Assembly: GCA_043228905.1 (NCBI GenBank) | Contig: JBHGNT010000011.1 | Coordinates: 18,848,001 to 18,912,000 of the forward strand | Source: Azolla caroliniana | Taxonomy: Eukaryota > Plantae > Polypodiophyta | Length of the DNA stretch: 64,000 nucleotides | Direction of reading: 5' to 3' | Shown: one piece after another, positions 50,843-64,000 of the stretch | How positions within the stretch are numbered: position 1 is the first letter of the stretch | Layout: every line of letters begins with the position of its first letter | Program-made: the position numbers and the translations under genes | Notes under the pieces: generated by a model | Seen by the model: the letters and a program-made list of their open reading frames with translations, nothing else | What the model was told of the DNA's origin: nothing | Databases searched by the model: none

Positions 50843-50881
<39 letters not shown>
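50843..50881. repeat. (AG)n microsatellite upstream of the DUF3455-like gene
   Basis: Directly visible. Confidence 0.95.
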
Positions 50882-50884
<3 letters not shown>

Positions 50885-51304
50885 GCTGTTTTGTAGAAGA
50901 GATGGGCTTTTATTATTATTAGAGACCTAATCCTGACAAAATATCCCCCCTGCTCTTATAGGAATGGCAGTTTGTCAGAGGGAGGTTGTTTTCTAGAGAG
51001 GGAGAGAGAGAGAGAGAGAGAGGTGTGGAAGATGGATCTTTAGAGAGAGATCAGAGGACTGTTTTGATTATCTTTGGAGGTATTTGGAAGCAAACCCAGA
51101 AAAGGGTGTATAGAGAGAGAGCAGAACAATTCTCTCTTTCTCTTCTCCCTTTACTCTGTTTTGTTTCTTTTTGGTTTCTATCTGACAAACACACACATAC
51201 ACAGAGGTGAGCAATGAACCCCCCATCTATGTATGTACAGTCTCTCTCTCTATCAGGTGTATATATACATTAAGGCATTGTAATGTCAAGGTTCTTTTTA
51301 AAAG

Positions 51305-52080
51305 ATGGCTTCATTTGATGTCTTTCTTCTTGCTGTTCTTTCTCTCCTCCTTTCTCCTCCTCTTCCTTCTTCTGTCTTGGCTTGGAATAGTCTCATCCCA
51401 CCTGCAGGTAACAGGTAAATAAATGATATACTCCCCCCCCCCCCTGCACACACACACACACATCCCATTTTGCCATTGAATCTTAGCTTACCATGGCTGG
51501 ACGAAGATTAACCATCATTTACTGAAGAACAAAAAGGTCACTCAAACCTTTAAATCACACAAAATGGGGTGTATGTTCTAGCTCTAATAATTTGGCATGG
51601 TTTGAGCCTTGCTCCCTTGTATGGTTTGATGAACCTGAGAGGCTCATCTTCAAGGGCCTTATACATCCTTAATCACGCAACATGTGTTATTTACAAAAAA
51701 AACCTTAATCACCTAATAATCACCCTTAATCACACCCCCCCATATGTGGTCTTTTTTTTAGAAAGCCCTAATGTCACAAGGGTTTTGCGTACTTTTGTGT
51801 GCAGTCTAGCCATTCAAACCAAGACATTGGATGGAGCTCAATTCTACAGGTGTGTGGATGGAGATTGGCTCTTGGAAGCTTCATTTGCGACCTTGGTGGA
51901 TCCATACGACCCAAGTAGAGTGGTGGGGAACTATTCGTGGGTTTCGACACCACGAACACCGCGTTACATTGGGACATGGAATATGTTCAATGACCAAGGG
52001 GACCATGCCGAGTCGGGTTTTCGCACTAGCCTTGTTTCAGGTAATGCTAAACTAGCCCACCCTTTTGTTGCATTGGTTAT

Positions 52081-52119
<39 letters not shown>

Positions 52120-53401
52120 TCCATGCTCATGAATGTGTCACTCATTTGGATTACAATGAGATTTATTGTTACACAGTACACCATATCATAATGCTCAAGA
52201 ATCCATGGATGCTGCCACTAGAATCAGCAATGGCTCGGCTCAAGCCTAACCCGAACCGTTAAACCGTGTCAAACGGTTTGGAGGCTCGGTTCGGTCAGGC
52301 TTGAGCTTCCTTACCAGTTCGAGTTCGGTTTGGAATGGCTCAAGCCGAACCGAACCGAATTGGGCGTAATCGGCTTGGATAAACTGGTTTAGGCTTAACC
52401 GGTTTGGTTTGGACAAGGCCAAACCGGTTAATCCAAAACTGAACTGTTGCCCATTCTGAGATGGTGGTTCCTTTTCTTGGGCTACAATCACACTCAATCA
52501 TATATTAAGCATTTCATGATGAATGGTGTTGGTATGTTTGTTTCGGCAAAAATCACTCATGAATTGTCTTGAATACTTGCAATGCACATCATGATCTCTT
52601 TTCAGGGAAAAGAGTGTTGTTTGGAACCCCCGCGAGCCCTCACGACTCGCCCGATTTCCTCGCCTTAGCCAGTAAACACAAGTTCAATGGAGCGACCGCC
52701 ATGGTATCGTACATTGCAAGGGTGAACACGAGGGGCGGGGCGCCCATTGATGATGGCTATTGCCAGTGGGACGAGAAAACGATTCGGATGCCATACGAAG
52801 CCGAGTTCCATATGTGGAAGCAAGACCTAATGCCACCTACTACTCCGGCACCTTTGTCAGTGACGTCAGGCCGGCCCATACAAGGGGTTTTCGGCAAAGG
52901 GGTAGTTGTGTATGTGTTTGATGGCAATGGATGGGTCCAAAAGGATTCATACGCACGTCTTTTTGATGTTCCTGGAGGTACTAAAGTCGGGTTGTATTTC
53001 ATCCGGGAGCAAGCTGACTACCAAGGTGGATCGTCTTGTTGGCAATTCGATAACCCCAACGGTTTCCAAATTGTTGGGAAACAATCATCGGAACCTGTGC
53101 CCGTCACCCCAGGTTGCTTGCCTTGGTCTCTATCTATCGTGACTACGAGCCAAGGGAACTCGTGAGTAATGTTTCCTTTACGAGTTTGATGCGTTTTTGC
53201 TTGATGTAAAATCATGGGTTTAATCCTTATTTTCTTTCCATCTTATCTAGGTCCATGTTTGGTGCCTATAGTCACGTGCAAATGGTCTCCACTACGGGGG
53301 GGCTCCCGCCCACCACTCCACCTTGGAAACCGAATGTTGGCCAAGTCTATAGATCACGGTTCACTGCAATTTATTGGCTATATTGCGAAGAAAAAGCTTA
53401 A
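51305..53401 (+). CDS. Secreted protein with two tandem DUF3455-like domains, 4 exons, 350 aa
   Basis: Exons 51305-51414 (signal peptide MASFDVFLLAVLSLLLSPPLPSSVLA), 51805-52040, 52606-53161, 53251-53401; phases agree, 1053 nt. Domain 1: DGAQFYRC...W...ATLVD...YIARVNTRGGAP...PYEAEFHMW. Domain 2: GKGVVVY...W...ARLFD...LPWSL...HVQMVSTTGGLPP...FTAIYWLY. Confidence 0.75.
52218..52460. mobile_element. MITE-like (hAT-type non-autonomous) insertion in intron 2 of the DUF3455-like gene
   Basis: GC-rich island dense in AACCG/CGGTT motifs in both orientations; imperfect TIRs tagaatcagcaa / ttgcccattctg; no clear TSD. Confidence 0.55.
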
Positions 53402-54299
53402 CTATCATCAGCAACTTATTATGAGAGACACCCCCCCCCCCCCCCCCCCCCCACCAAATCATAGCTCACTTTATAGAGACATTTTCAATATAAGATGTCC
53501 ATTACTACACATTGTTAATAAGCCATTGTAACATTCCTCAGTTCCAATGTAATTATATTTATTGTTTTTTGGGTACATCGAATCTCTATTCCCTTTCATT
53601 GTGCTATGTAAAAGATTTTGCTTGGTAGATTCCAGGAAAAGAGAAAATCTGACGACTCAATAAGGCTATGCTACACAGAAGACAATATTCCTCTTAGATG
53701 TGAGAACCTAACCATTATGCTCCATTCAAACCTAAATACAAAAATAGAAGACTGAACAAACATGTCCAACTCAGAACACACAAATAAGTAACCTCTTGCT
53801 TCATCACATCTAACCTAGCCATTGCACATGATCCATTGTGTTTTTTGGCAAAATCTTGATGTAATGGAACCCATGTGCAATGTATGTAGATCAGAACATT
53901 GTCAACAATGTTATACACGATCATGTTGAGGGAATCTATCCAAAGGAAATGAAACACATCATTGCGGTCTAAGTTTACCTACCTGAATGAATGTTCGTGT
54001 TGATTATTACCCTACTATATTTTTATTTGAGTTTGTACTTTTGCGCTAAGAGTTACTTAGCACCTTGTAGACATATTGACACTATATAGCTATACAAAAC
54101 CATTGTATTTTGTGACATTCATAAAATCGTTTGTGGATTCAATTTTGATCTCTTGCCATATGACCACGGATATGTACAATTGGGTGTTAATGTATATATA
54201 TCATCGTCATCAACCAAGGAATCTGGCGGGGAAAATATCATAAATACCCTCCCTTGTATATGTGATGATAATGGTTATACAATATACCCTTGATATTTT

Positions 54300-55330
54300 T
54301 CATAATAATGAGACAATTGTAGATATTATTCAAACCAAGGTCAAATTGTAGAAAGACTAAGGGATACTTTTCTTGAATGTAGACCTCTATAATAAGGAAA
54401 AAAGTAATGGTGAAGCGTGCAAACTATTAGAGTGACAATCTTAAAAATAAACGCAAGTGAACTATTGTGGATGTAAAAAAAGTATCCCTTTTTCGCCAAT
54501 GGACATGGTGTGATCCTTATGCGGGGCAAGGAAGCAAACCTATCCCTTTCTTTCAATTCATAACTAGATTGGGTCGCCATATTATAGCCGCTCAATCCGC
54601 CCGAGAGCTGGCTGCTGCAAAGGTCTGGCACACATATCATGTTCCTTACAAAATTATCACCAAGTTTTGGCAGAAACTCTGGAACCAACAACACGCGAGG
54701 CGAATCACCACTTTCCAATGACTATTAATACATAAGTCACTACCGGTTGGTGCATGGCAGCGTGGGAACCTCAACTCTCCTAATTGTGTAGCGTGTTCAA
54801 TTGTATTAGAATCCACATGACATGCTCTATGGGACTGCCCAGAGTCCCATCGAATATGGCGGGGGGTTGGCCACTTATTGCAATTATGCTAGGTGCAAGG
54901 CTCAATCAAGTGGGGGAATGTACGTTGGCTATCATGGCAGGACCCAATTGACAGCTATGAGCACCATGAAGAGGGGATGACTTTGGTTATAAAAGCACAA
55001 GAGATTTTTTTCTCCACCATCGGTAGTATCCAGTCAACTCCTATTAGTGCCAAATCTCAAGTTGTGTTGGACTTGGTCAACCCAATAACTCTTTGGATTC
55101 TATGGAAACAACGGTGTAGACGGGTCTTTTCCAACCAAAGCACGCAACCAATAATGTTAATGCAAGAGATATGGAGTGACGCTGTAACCACTCTAAAGAG
55201 CCAATATGATGGCCTCAAGGGCAACTCCGATAGAGTTGAAAAGAAACCGACTAACCTTTATCCAACAATGATCGTCCTCTTCTTTTCTTGAGGCAGTGGG
55301 CATCCACATAAGATGAACCTATCGTGTCCC
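54300..55330 (+). mobile_element. Decayed L1-like LINE 3' region (zf-RVT), a different family from the 38/43-kb copies
   Basis: KFWQKLW...TFQ*LLIHKSLPVG...CVAC...HALWDCPESHRIW and ITLWILWKQRCRRVF, with in-frame stops. Confidence 0.75.
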
Positions 55331-57905
55331 TATAGGGATTTGGATATAATAATCTCATCTGTAAAATCTTTACAACTAATGGAAGGTGTTTTTTTTGGAA
55401 AAAAAGAAACGCAAAGTATCCTTTTTGGTATGTACTATAATTTGTGCAACATGTTGGGTTGATGTGACCGCAATCATATTGCAATACCCTATTTATGCAC
55501 CTCCTTCCATTCCCGCTCCTTTGATTGTCTACTCAACTAAAACCGAGTTTATGAAGCTAAAGTGAAGGGCACAAATGTGCAACCTTTGGTTTGGGATGCA
55601 AGTATCAAATCACACGAGATAGATAGATATCCATTTGATGTCCACGGGAGACAATTTGATCAACTAGAAAAGCCTAACCCATGGTGAGGAATCAAACTTG
55701 TGGTCTCCCTATTTTAGGACTATGATATTACAACGTAGAAAGAGAGAGATTATGTTATTGTCCTCTAAGGTCAAATATATTTTATGACATGTGAGTTCAA
55801 AATTGAAACGTTTTTAGGTAATATGTACATATGGAGTTGCATAAGGACTCTCGATGTTTGAGATTTTTACTAATGAATGTTGCAATTAAGAGTGCACATT
55901 GCAATTGTGAGAGAAATGTGTCTAGGGATTGGACAAAATTGACACAACATGTGGCTAAAGGCAAAGTATGATGTTGCAATGTGAAACACAAATTCTCAAA
56001 CTTGTTATTGGCATGAGTTTACTCCCATGTGCCATGATATCGCGTTTGACATAGAGAAGGTGAGTTAATTCATATAGAAGTAACGGTGTGGGTGACAAAC
56101 AAAGCGATGGGATCTAACATGAACTAATGAATGTAGTTTCCTATTGTGAGAATAAAATTGTTATGTGGTTTGGTGCAACATATGTAATAGAATGTGCGAA
56201 ATGTTACCCTCTACATTTCCCAACTTGTGATACATGGATATTGCAAAAAGGCCTTATTTAGAAAGGAAGTATTTGACGCATCATATAATATCATTGGTGC
56301 CCCATACTAGTGAATATTACCTTTTGCTATATTATGGACATCGAGACGAACTGATCCAAAAAAAGACACCTTTGCCTCACAAATAGAGTTTCAAATTGCA
56401 CCTTAGGGTGGCTTAGTGAAGGGGGTATCTCGTCCTTTTACTTAACCTATCTACATAGGCTCCCAAACCACCACATGTTCGCATGTGTCATAGGTTCTAA
56501 AGGGTTGTCCCAAGCTCTAGCTCGGATAACTAGTTTACCACTCGTCTCACCCTTAAACCATTAAAATTAGCTTTAGAATTGAAGAGACTTGATAAATAAG
56601 AGCTTGTGAATATTTTTAAATCATTCCATTTGGACTTCAGATTACTACCAATTCTTATTTCAACATTGTAAAGAATAGTGGTGTGACCAAAGTGTCAAAG
56701 AGGTACTTCTTGAAAACCCAACAATTGATTGTCCTCTATTGCATTTGTTCTCAAATGCATAATGAGTCCTCTTTATAATTTCCAACCAATGTTCAAGACA
56801 TTCATTGCATTTATGATAAGGGGGAACCTCAAGCTCGAGATATTTAAAGCTTTATACCATTTCATGTGGCTCATTTGTGCACATAATGCATCCTTAGTTT
56901 GTCCCTTCACAAGCTACAAGTGTAGGTATTTCCATCCACATACGAAATAGCTTTCGATATCACGACATATTTGTTTCATCCATAGAAGATTGACCAAGGC
57001 ATGTGTACCTCCTCTTTGTGTTTGGGCACAATATTCATGTGGCTAAACAATGAGATGCTCGGGAGAGAACCGGAGAAAGCTAGGTCTAGTGATTGTATTG
57101 CGCTTGTCCCATAGGGGAAATGGGGGGAGGGTTAAGCAAGGTCCTCTTAGTGTGCAATCAGAGTATGTCAGATCACCTAATTCACTCATCGTCAATCAAA
57201 GCTAGAGACACACACAAAATTCTCCCACAAGGATGTTGCACGGAGAGCAAACACGGGCTTAAGCACAACGCAAATGTCCGTCTCGCTCGCTCTCGGTATC
57301 TCTCTCAACCCGCCCACCCAATGTTAATGTTAAAGTTAAAAGTTAAAGTTAATGTTAATGGTGTAGTGCTATTGTATGTACATCACAAAACAATAAGAGC
57401 AGATAATCCCCATAATAAAATAAAATTACAAATCTAGCCGTGAATGTCTCCATCTTCCATCTTCAGCAACGAGTAGGCGAAGAATAACAGAGCCATGGAA
57501 GCAGCTGTAGGGATATGGTTTCTCCTCCCCTCGCCTTCGCTGTCTTTGCTTTGCTGACATTCTTCAGACTCAGGTTTGCATGTTTCGCTTTCTTCTTTTG
57601 CTCACTCTCTTCAATTCGCATTTCATCGGAAGAAGAAACCCCCCCCCCCCCCCCAGTAACCCTGGTAGACACACCATAACTCTAGGTTTGGGTTTTCTGT
57701 TCTCTCCGTCTTTCATTACAGTTCCTCTGCTGCTGAAACGTTCAGATTAGGTTTTTGCAGGCTTTCTTGCTTTTGCTTTTATGCTAGCTTTGTGACCTAT
57801 GTGACCACATTTGCTGGGAGGGGACTTCTAGTTCGAAACAAATCTCGACATAATCCATGTGAACACACATATTTCCTGCACACATAGTTTAAAAAAGAAC
57901 CAGAG

Positions 57906-60900
57906 ATGATCGCATCATCACATTCAGTTCTATCTCTCCCCAAACTCTTGCCATCGTCATCGTATGGATGCAGTTCTTTTGATCCTTTGTATATTACATA
58001 TGTTCCTTTACGGCGACTCAGAAGTTCAGTAAATTGTGCCGTTCGTGAACAAGGTTCTCAATCTCAACATCGCTCTCAATCTTGGGATTGCATCAATAAT
58101 AGGTCTATATTGAGATGCCATTACTCATTCATGATGAGGTCTTCCAACATAAGTTCTTCTTCTCGAATTGATAAATGCTCCTGTGGATTTGTGATCTCGG
58201 ATGTGCAACAGGATAGTGGTACAAAGGTAATTTGCTTCATTATAATCCTACATAGTGTTTTGACTTTCAGGAAATAGTGCACAATGAGATTAAACAAATA
58301 CAAATGTAAATATATCATTTGCTCTTGGCTCTAAAGAGAGTGCATCAAAGATGCAAGGAGATTAAGATTAGGCAAAAAGATATATAGTAATTTTTATTGA
58401 CTCAAAAGCAGGTATGCCAAAGAGCCATTCATGTTAGAGTGTTAATGACATAGTTAGAAAAAGTTCGAGATGAGAACAAAGCAAATATATTGTTACAATA
58501 CAAGACACGGTCATGTGGATTTGAGATCTCAGGCAATGAAGTGCAAATGTACTTCTTTATTACGTTATTACAACAGTGTTGCATTATTTTTGTGTTGAGT
58601 CTAATGAGCGTGGAGGTTATAGCCAAAGAACCGTTCATTCTAAACAGTATTACTGGGCAAATTAGTTAAAGAGGATAAGTTATGACAGAAGTATATATAT
58701 TTCTACAATAGCATGTGGATACTATATTGAAAATAACAAGATGAATGAAGAGGTGTCTTTATATAGGCCACAAGGGGGACTTTTTTTCATACTTTTAGAT
58801 CAAATATTTATTTTTTAAAATGCTAGCAAAATAAAAGGGGTTGGTTCAAATTATGTAAAACATAAGCATGGAATGAACCCAGCGTTTACTTGCCCGTAAT
58901 TCATGTCACAGTTTTGTGTAGGAGGCTTCAGAGCGAGAAGAATCATTCCACGTTAAAGAAATCGATGGATCAGGCATTGTTCCAAATGATGTTGGAGAAG
59001 CAAGCATTATGGAGAAGGGGCCACAGAGAAACCAAATGCAGAACAGGGTGATTTTTGGCACTGGGATTGGCATTTTTATTGGAGGGGCAGTTGTTGCTGG
59101 TGGTTGGTGGTTCACCACATGCATTGCAAGCGTGGTTTTGATTGCCACGACGGAGTATTTCAAACTTGTGAGGAGTGATGGTATAGCTGATGGGATGACT
59201 CCACCTCCACGCACCGTGTCCCGTGCATGCTCCATCATTTGTGCAGGCATGCCTCTAATGACTCTGTACGTATCTGTTTACTCTTACCCAATGATTTTGG
59301 GCAGATGATCAAAATGATGTCTAAAAGTACTGTTTTGCAGAGAGGATATAGTGCATTTATATGTTATGTGTTCTCATAACCAATGATTTTGGGCAGAAAG
59401 CCTAAACATTATTGTTTATTGTTCAGTAAGCAGATATAAATTATAAATATAACACAGCAGTTATCGTCTTTCATTTAAGTTTTTTTTCTGCTCATTAGAG
59501 GACTAAGATTGCATGTAAACCTTAATTTCTGTATGCTTTCTTTCTTTTTAGTGGAGCCTTTGCCTCATACTTTACATGTTATTCGGGATCTATACTGTTC
59601 ATAGTAATAACCATATGCACTGTACTTAAATTGTTTCGGAAGCAATATTATTATTATTATTGTAATGTATGATGTTTTGCATATGCACATTTCTTATGTC
59701 TAATAATTGATCCATGTAGATACTTTGGGGGACGTGTCAGTGTTGCTCTTACAACTGCTGCTTTTTTCTTAGCCATCGAGCTTCTGCTACAGCATGAGAA
59801 ACCTCGATTTGCTCAATTGAGCAGTGCGATATTTGGGCTCTTTTATTGTGGTTATTTACCATGCTTTTGGATTAAATTGCGATGTGGCACTGCTATTCCT
59901 GCCTTGACTTCAAGTAAGCATTTTAAATCATTTAATTTTCAGCTTTAAGTTACAAAGAAATTAGCTTTAGAAAAAATTGAAGGGATAGAAGCTGGATTCA
60001 TTGCGATAGAGATGGTGATCTAAACAGTATGAGGAGCGATTAGAAGATGTGAAGGTTGTTATGAACATTAGAAAAAGTGAAATGAATTTAGTCTAGCTTG
60101 CTTTTACTAATTTCTGATTTCACATGCTATGCCACAATGCCTTTCAGTAACAGAGCAGGAAATTATGTTCAGAAAAAATATGATATAGATTATTGACAGA
60201 ACTTGTGCATGGATGAAAAGCTGTTATTTGGATGCTGTGACACGTTTGGTGGCCTTTTCAAGGCACATTCTCTGTCTTTCCTTTTTTTTGAACCTTTTAA
60301 TCTGTGGGCTGGTATCACATTCCTAATCCTTCCGTGGTGTGGTTAGCTGGGGAAATCCTCCAGAGCTTCCCACTTCTCTATGCTCATTCTCTTATGTTTA
60401 TAAAACTTTTCTTTGCTGTATTGAAATTTGGTTCGCGTTTGATCTTTAGTGTATTGTTTGAACTGAATCATACTGTTTGATGAGAATTTCATACCTTGTT
60501 GCTGTAGTTTAAATTCGCATGTCTGGGGTTTGTCCTGTGCTTTCAAAAAACAGATTACATAGTATCCCTGATTTTTGAGACATCAATGACTATAATAACT
60601 TCCTACTATAAACTTATCATGATGAAGTTTTCCTATGCAAACAATGCCCTAATCTTGAATATCTTCTACCTCTGTACTATTTCATGTGTTGTGATAGGCA
60701 GATCATTCTTTTGTTTTGGCATTATTGCTTGGGACATGATAGGGATCTTGTTTTGTATGTGCATTGGCACTCTGTTGATCAAATTGACTCTCTTGTGAGT
60801 TTGTGTGTCTTTTGGGGTATAGGAACATATGGACAAACCTTTCATCACTTTTTCTATTATTTTGGAAAAAAAAGGCTATACAGAAGAGAGATCCTCGATT

Positions 60901-62036
60901 AAAAGCATTGTGTTATCTCATGATATTCTTTTAATAGAAATTTAAAAAGAAAAGTCTGAGTTGTCTGCATTCCAAAGTCTTTGAGGAATCTTGAAAATTT
61001 GCTTATTTTGTTGGGAAATTACAGAAGTGTCACCCTTGATATTTGGAGGTGAGTTGACAGTTGGATTAGTTGCTACTATCATCTCTATAAGCAGCATTAT
61101 TGCCGCCGATACTGGTGCATTCCTGGGTGGAAGGGTATGCGTACTTGTAACTTCCTTTTATGCTTTACTTCCCAGCGATAATAAACTTAGATTTTTTAGC
61201 ATGTTTTTGGCAGGTCCTTGGAAAAACTCCTTTATCTACTGTTAGCCCTAAGAAGACCTTGGAAGGTGCCATTGTGGGTTTGAGCTCTTCGATTGTCGTC
61301 ACAATTATCCTCAGTAAAATCTTGTGCTGGCCTTCAAATTTATTAAGGTTCGATGCATCAAAATCTCCTTGACTTTGGTCTTCAACTGGATTAAGACTAA
61401 ATTAACTAGGATTGTTGTGAGTGGTAAATCCATCACATACAACACATGTCCTTACCATACACACATATGGAGCATAAGCTCATTCAATACTAGAAATATT
61501 GTAGTGAATGTGATCATCACACTAATATTATGATTCTCAAGTGGGTCCAAGTTTATCTCTAAGTTGTGGTTCCCATGGTATGGCAACAAAAGAAGAAAAC
61601 ATTGAACTGAACGATTGGGGATGATTTCCTATTTAAGTGAACTTTCAGCACCTTCCATCATTTTGCAGCGCGGCTGCATATGCTGTACTCAATTTTCTTG
61701 GATCGCTATTTGGTGATTTGACGGAGTCCATGATCAAGCGAGATGCGGGTGTGAAGGATTCTGGGCGGCTCATTCCTGGACATGGTTTCTTATACTTTTT
61801 GCATTTCTCTCTTTTGAAAATCATTTTTTGAATTGTTTTTACGTTGTAATTTTGGAACTTTTCTATATTTCAATTCTTATGTGTCTTTGAATATCGTGTG
61901 CTGTCTTCTTTGATTAGCTGGTCATGGTATCCTTTTTTTGTTTCTTATAGGTGGCATACTTGATCGGGTCGATAGCTATATTTTCACAGGGGCTCTTGCA
62001 TACTCATTCGTGAAGACCATAAAGACTGTATTTTGA
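57906..62036 (+). CDS. CDS4: Plastid-type phosphatidate cytidylyltransferase (CDP-DAG synthase, CDS4/CDS5-like), 7 exons
   Basis: Exons 57906-58226 (Ser/Arg-rich transit-peptide-like), 58922-59265, 59720-59913 ([14 protein letters not shown]), 61025-61134 ([10 protein letters not shown]), 61214-61347 (VSPKKTLEG), 61669-61784 ([24 protein letters not shown]), 61951-62036 ([10 protein letters not shown]). Confidence 0.94.
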
Positions 62037-64000
62037 GTAACAAACCATTGATGATTTAAGAATGAGTATAAAAACTGTACATGGACTTCATTTGAAGAAA
62101 TAAATATATAGGAAGAGGCCTATTTTTGTTGATTCCCTCTAATGTTTCTTGTTCATTTTTTAATGTCCTCTAATTGCCCACCTTCAGTTGCTGCTTAATC
62201 CATTATAGGATCTACTTGAAATTGGGTTGCCTACATAGTACCTATAATTGAATAGATTACAGACAAAATAGGTGTGGATGTCAACCGGTGTATCAGCTGA
62301 AATGGTTGCATGTAGGAGGAAGGTGAAGGAGAGCAAAACAATGACATAAAGAGAGGGAGAGAGAGATTTAATGGGTCCCTCACCTCTGTTACTAAGATGC
62401 ATGTAGTTTTTGTGCATTCGAACGAAGTACCTACCTTGTAGTAGGAATGGTTGGAATTTTACTAGTAGTTAACCAGAGGGTGGTGCATCTTGGTAGCAAA
62501 GCATGAAAAACAACCCTAATGATTCTATATGCCGACATTCCATTGTACCTTGCTCCTAGGTTTTTGGCCAATCAGAGGTTTGTTGTTTCTCATCAATGCG
62601 AGATCAAAGTTGACAAAACACCTCAATACTCATAAGAGAAAGCTACATAGAATTCAAGTCTATCTCTTCTACATTTTTTTTGTCTATTTGGTTAAGCTAT
62701 ATGTGCTCCTTCTATCTGGTTTCCAAGAATGTCGCAAGTGAATTCAAGTTTGATTGCCATTTGTTGAACACCTTAGTGATGCATGTGTTGCATTGTCCAT
62801 CACATCTTGTTAATATTAGCAGATAAAGTCTTAGCTGATATAAATATTTGTTCACCCATCCACTTCCAACCCCATCTTGTAGGGTTTATATGGCTTGATA
62901 ATATCCTTCTTTACGTCTTGAACTCTCCATGTCATACAAGAACACAATAATGTAACCCTTTGTCTAATGACATCCTCATGCATAAATTATTTATGTATGT
63001 GCATTCTCCATTTCCTCGACAAAGCACCCATGTGCATGTCAACCTTAGCATTTCCTTCGTTGTAGTGCTTAGCAAGCAATATTTTCATGTGTTTTAAAGA
63101 GGATACACCAATTAAGAGTTATAATCCAACTTTGATGTCAGTTTATTGAAGCATAAACGATGTTGATAAGGGACATCATAAGGTCGTCACATATTTCCAT
63201 TAATGGGATAACAATGCTGAACAACAAACACATTTTTCGTATGGCACTATCACATGCCAAAACACAATAGAAACCCCCAAAACATTCATCGATTGTGAGA
63301 AAGTCTTCCTATATAGTGCATAAAGCAAAGTCTTCCTCTCTTCACCAAAATTGTTATCATTGCAATGGTATCTAAATGGTTCCTAGAACTTCATAATGAG
63401 GAGAGGGAGAATGAATCAACACAATCCATGAGAAGAATAAGATTATTATGACTTTAAATTTCTTTTATGAAAAAGGAATCCAAACTTGGTAAAGCTCTAT
63501 TTTGGATAAATAATTCAATATTTAATTAAACATAAAATTGAAAATGATATCTTGTTTTAATGGAGATTTTGTAAATAATTTATTTTTAAGGACCTTGGTA
63601 TGATCACAATCTATTCCCTTCCTTTCTTTGCCTAGATTTGGTAACATACATGCTTAATTTTTTGTTCACATTTTAATAAGGTTTTCTACCAAGGTTTTCA
63701 TCCCCGATGACAAGTTCACATTTGGATTCTCTTGCAATGTTTGTGACACCACACTAGACACTAGAACCTATTTTTTGGGGAAAGAAACACTCCAATCTTG
63801 GGTCATAAAGTCAAAAAGCAACTTCGCAAAAAGTAATGTAAGAGTTCATATACATAAAAGGTAGAAATACACAACCAAAGTTTGTGTAGTGGATATTGTT
63901 ACATTTTTCATTATGTATGAAATAGTTCAACGTTGGAAGTAGGGCCTAACGATGATGTATCAAATAGCTAAAATTGGGATGAATAAACGTGCGAAAAAAG

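Noticed and set aside
55670-55740. tRNA B-box-like motif (minus strand aagtttgattcc) suggesting a tRNA or SINE
   Set aside because: No cloverleaf or A box is recognisable.

Overview
AT-rich, intron-containing land-plant nuclear DNA, most likely from a seed-free vascular plant such as a fern (inferred from the HCE-type DYW-like PPR and the DUF3455-like gene). Eight protein genes can be traced by hand: an At2g44970-like alpha/beta hydrolase (+), a GIL1/IRKI-like protein with an inserted heptad array (+), a UCP012943-like protein (-), a LanC-like GCR2/GCL protein (-), a 15-exon ANTH/PICALM clathrin adaptor (-), an intronless PLS-PPR with a degenerate DYW-like tail (-), a secreted protein with two DUF3455-like domains (+), and a plastid-type CDP-DAG synthase (+). 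Intergenic DNA holds a solo LTR with a 5-bp TSD, several decayed LINEs, a MITE-like element, tandem duplications and microsatellites. The main findings are four: (1) a frameshifted copy of ANTH exon 1 and the start of intron 1 sits directly upstream of the PPR gene and appears to form its 5' leader (uORF plus intron); (2) the tandem DUF3455-like secreted protein is a candidate horizontal acquisition; (3) a 17 x 21-bp coding repeat is inserted in the GIL1/IRKI domain; (4) tandem duplications recur at splice sites. All family assignments are from recalled motifs; no database search was run.
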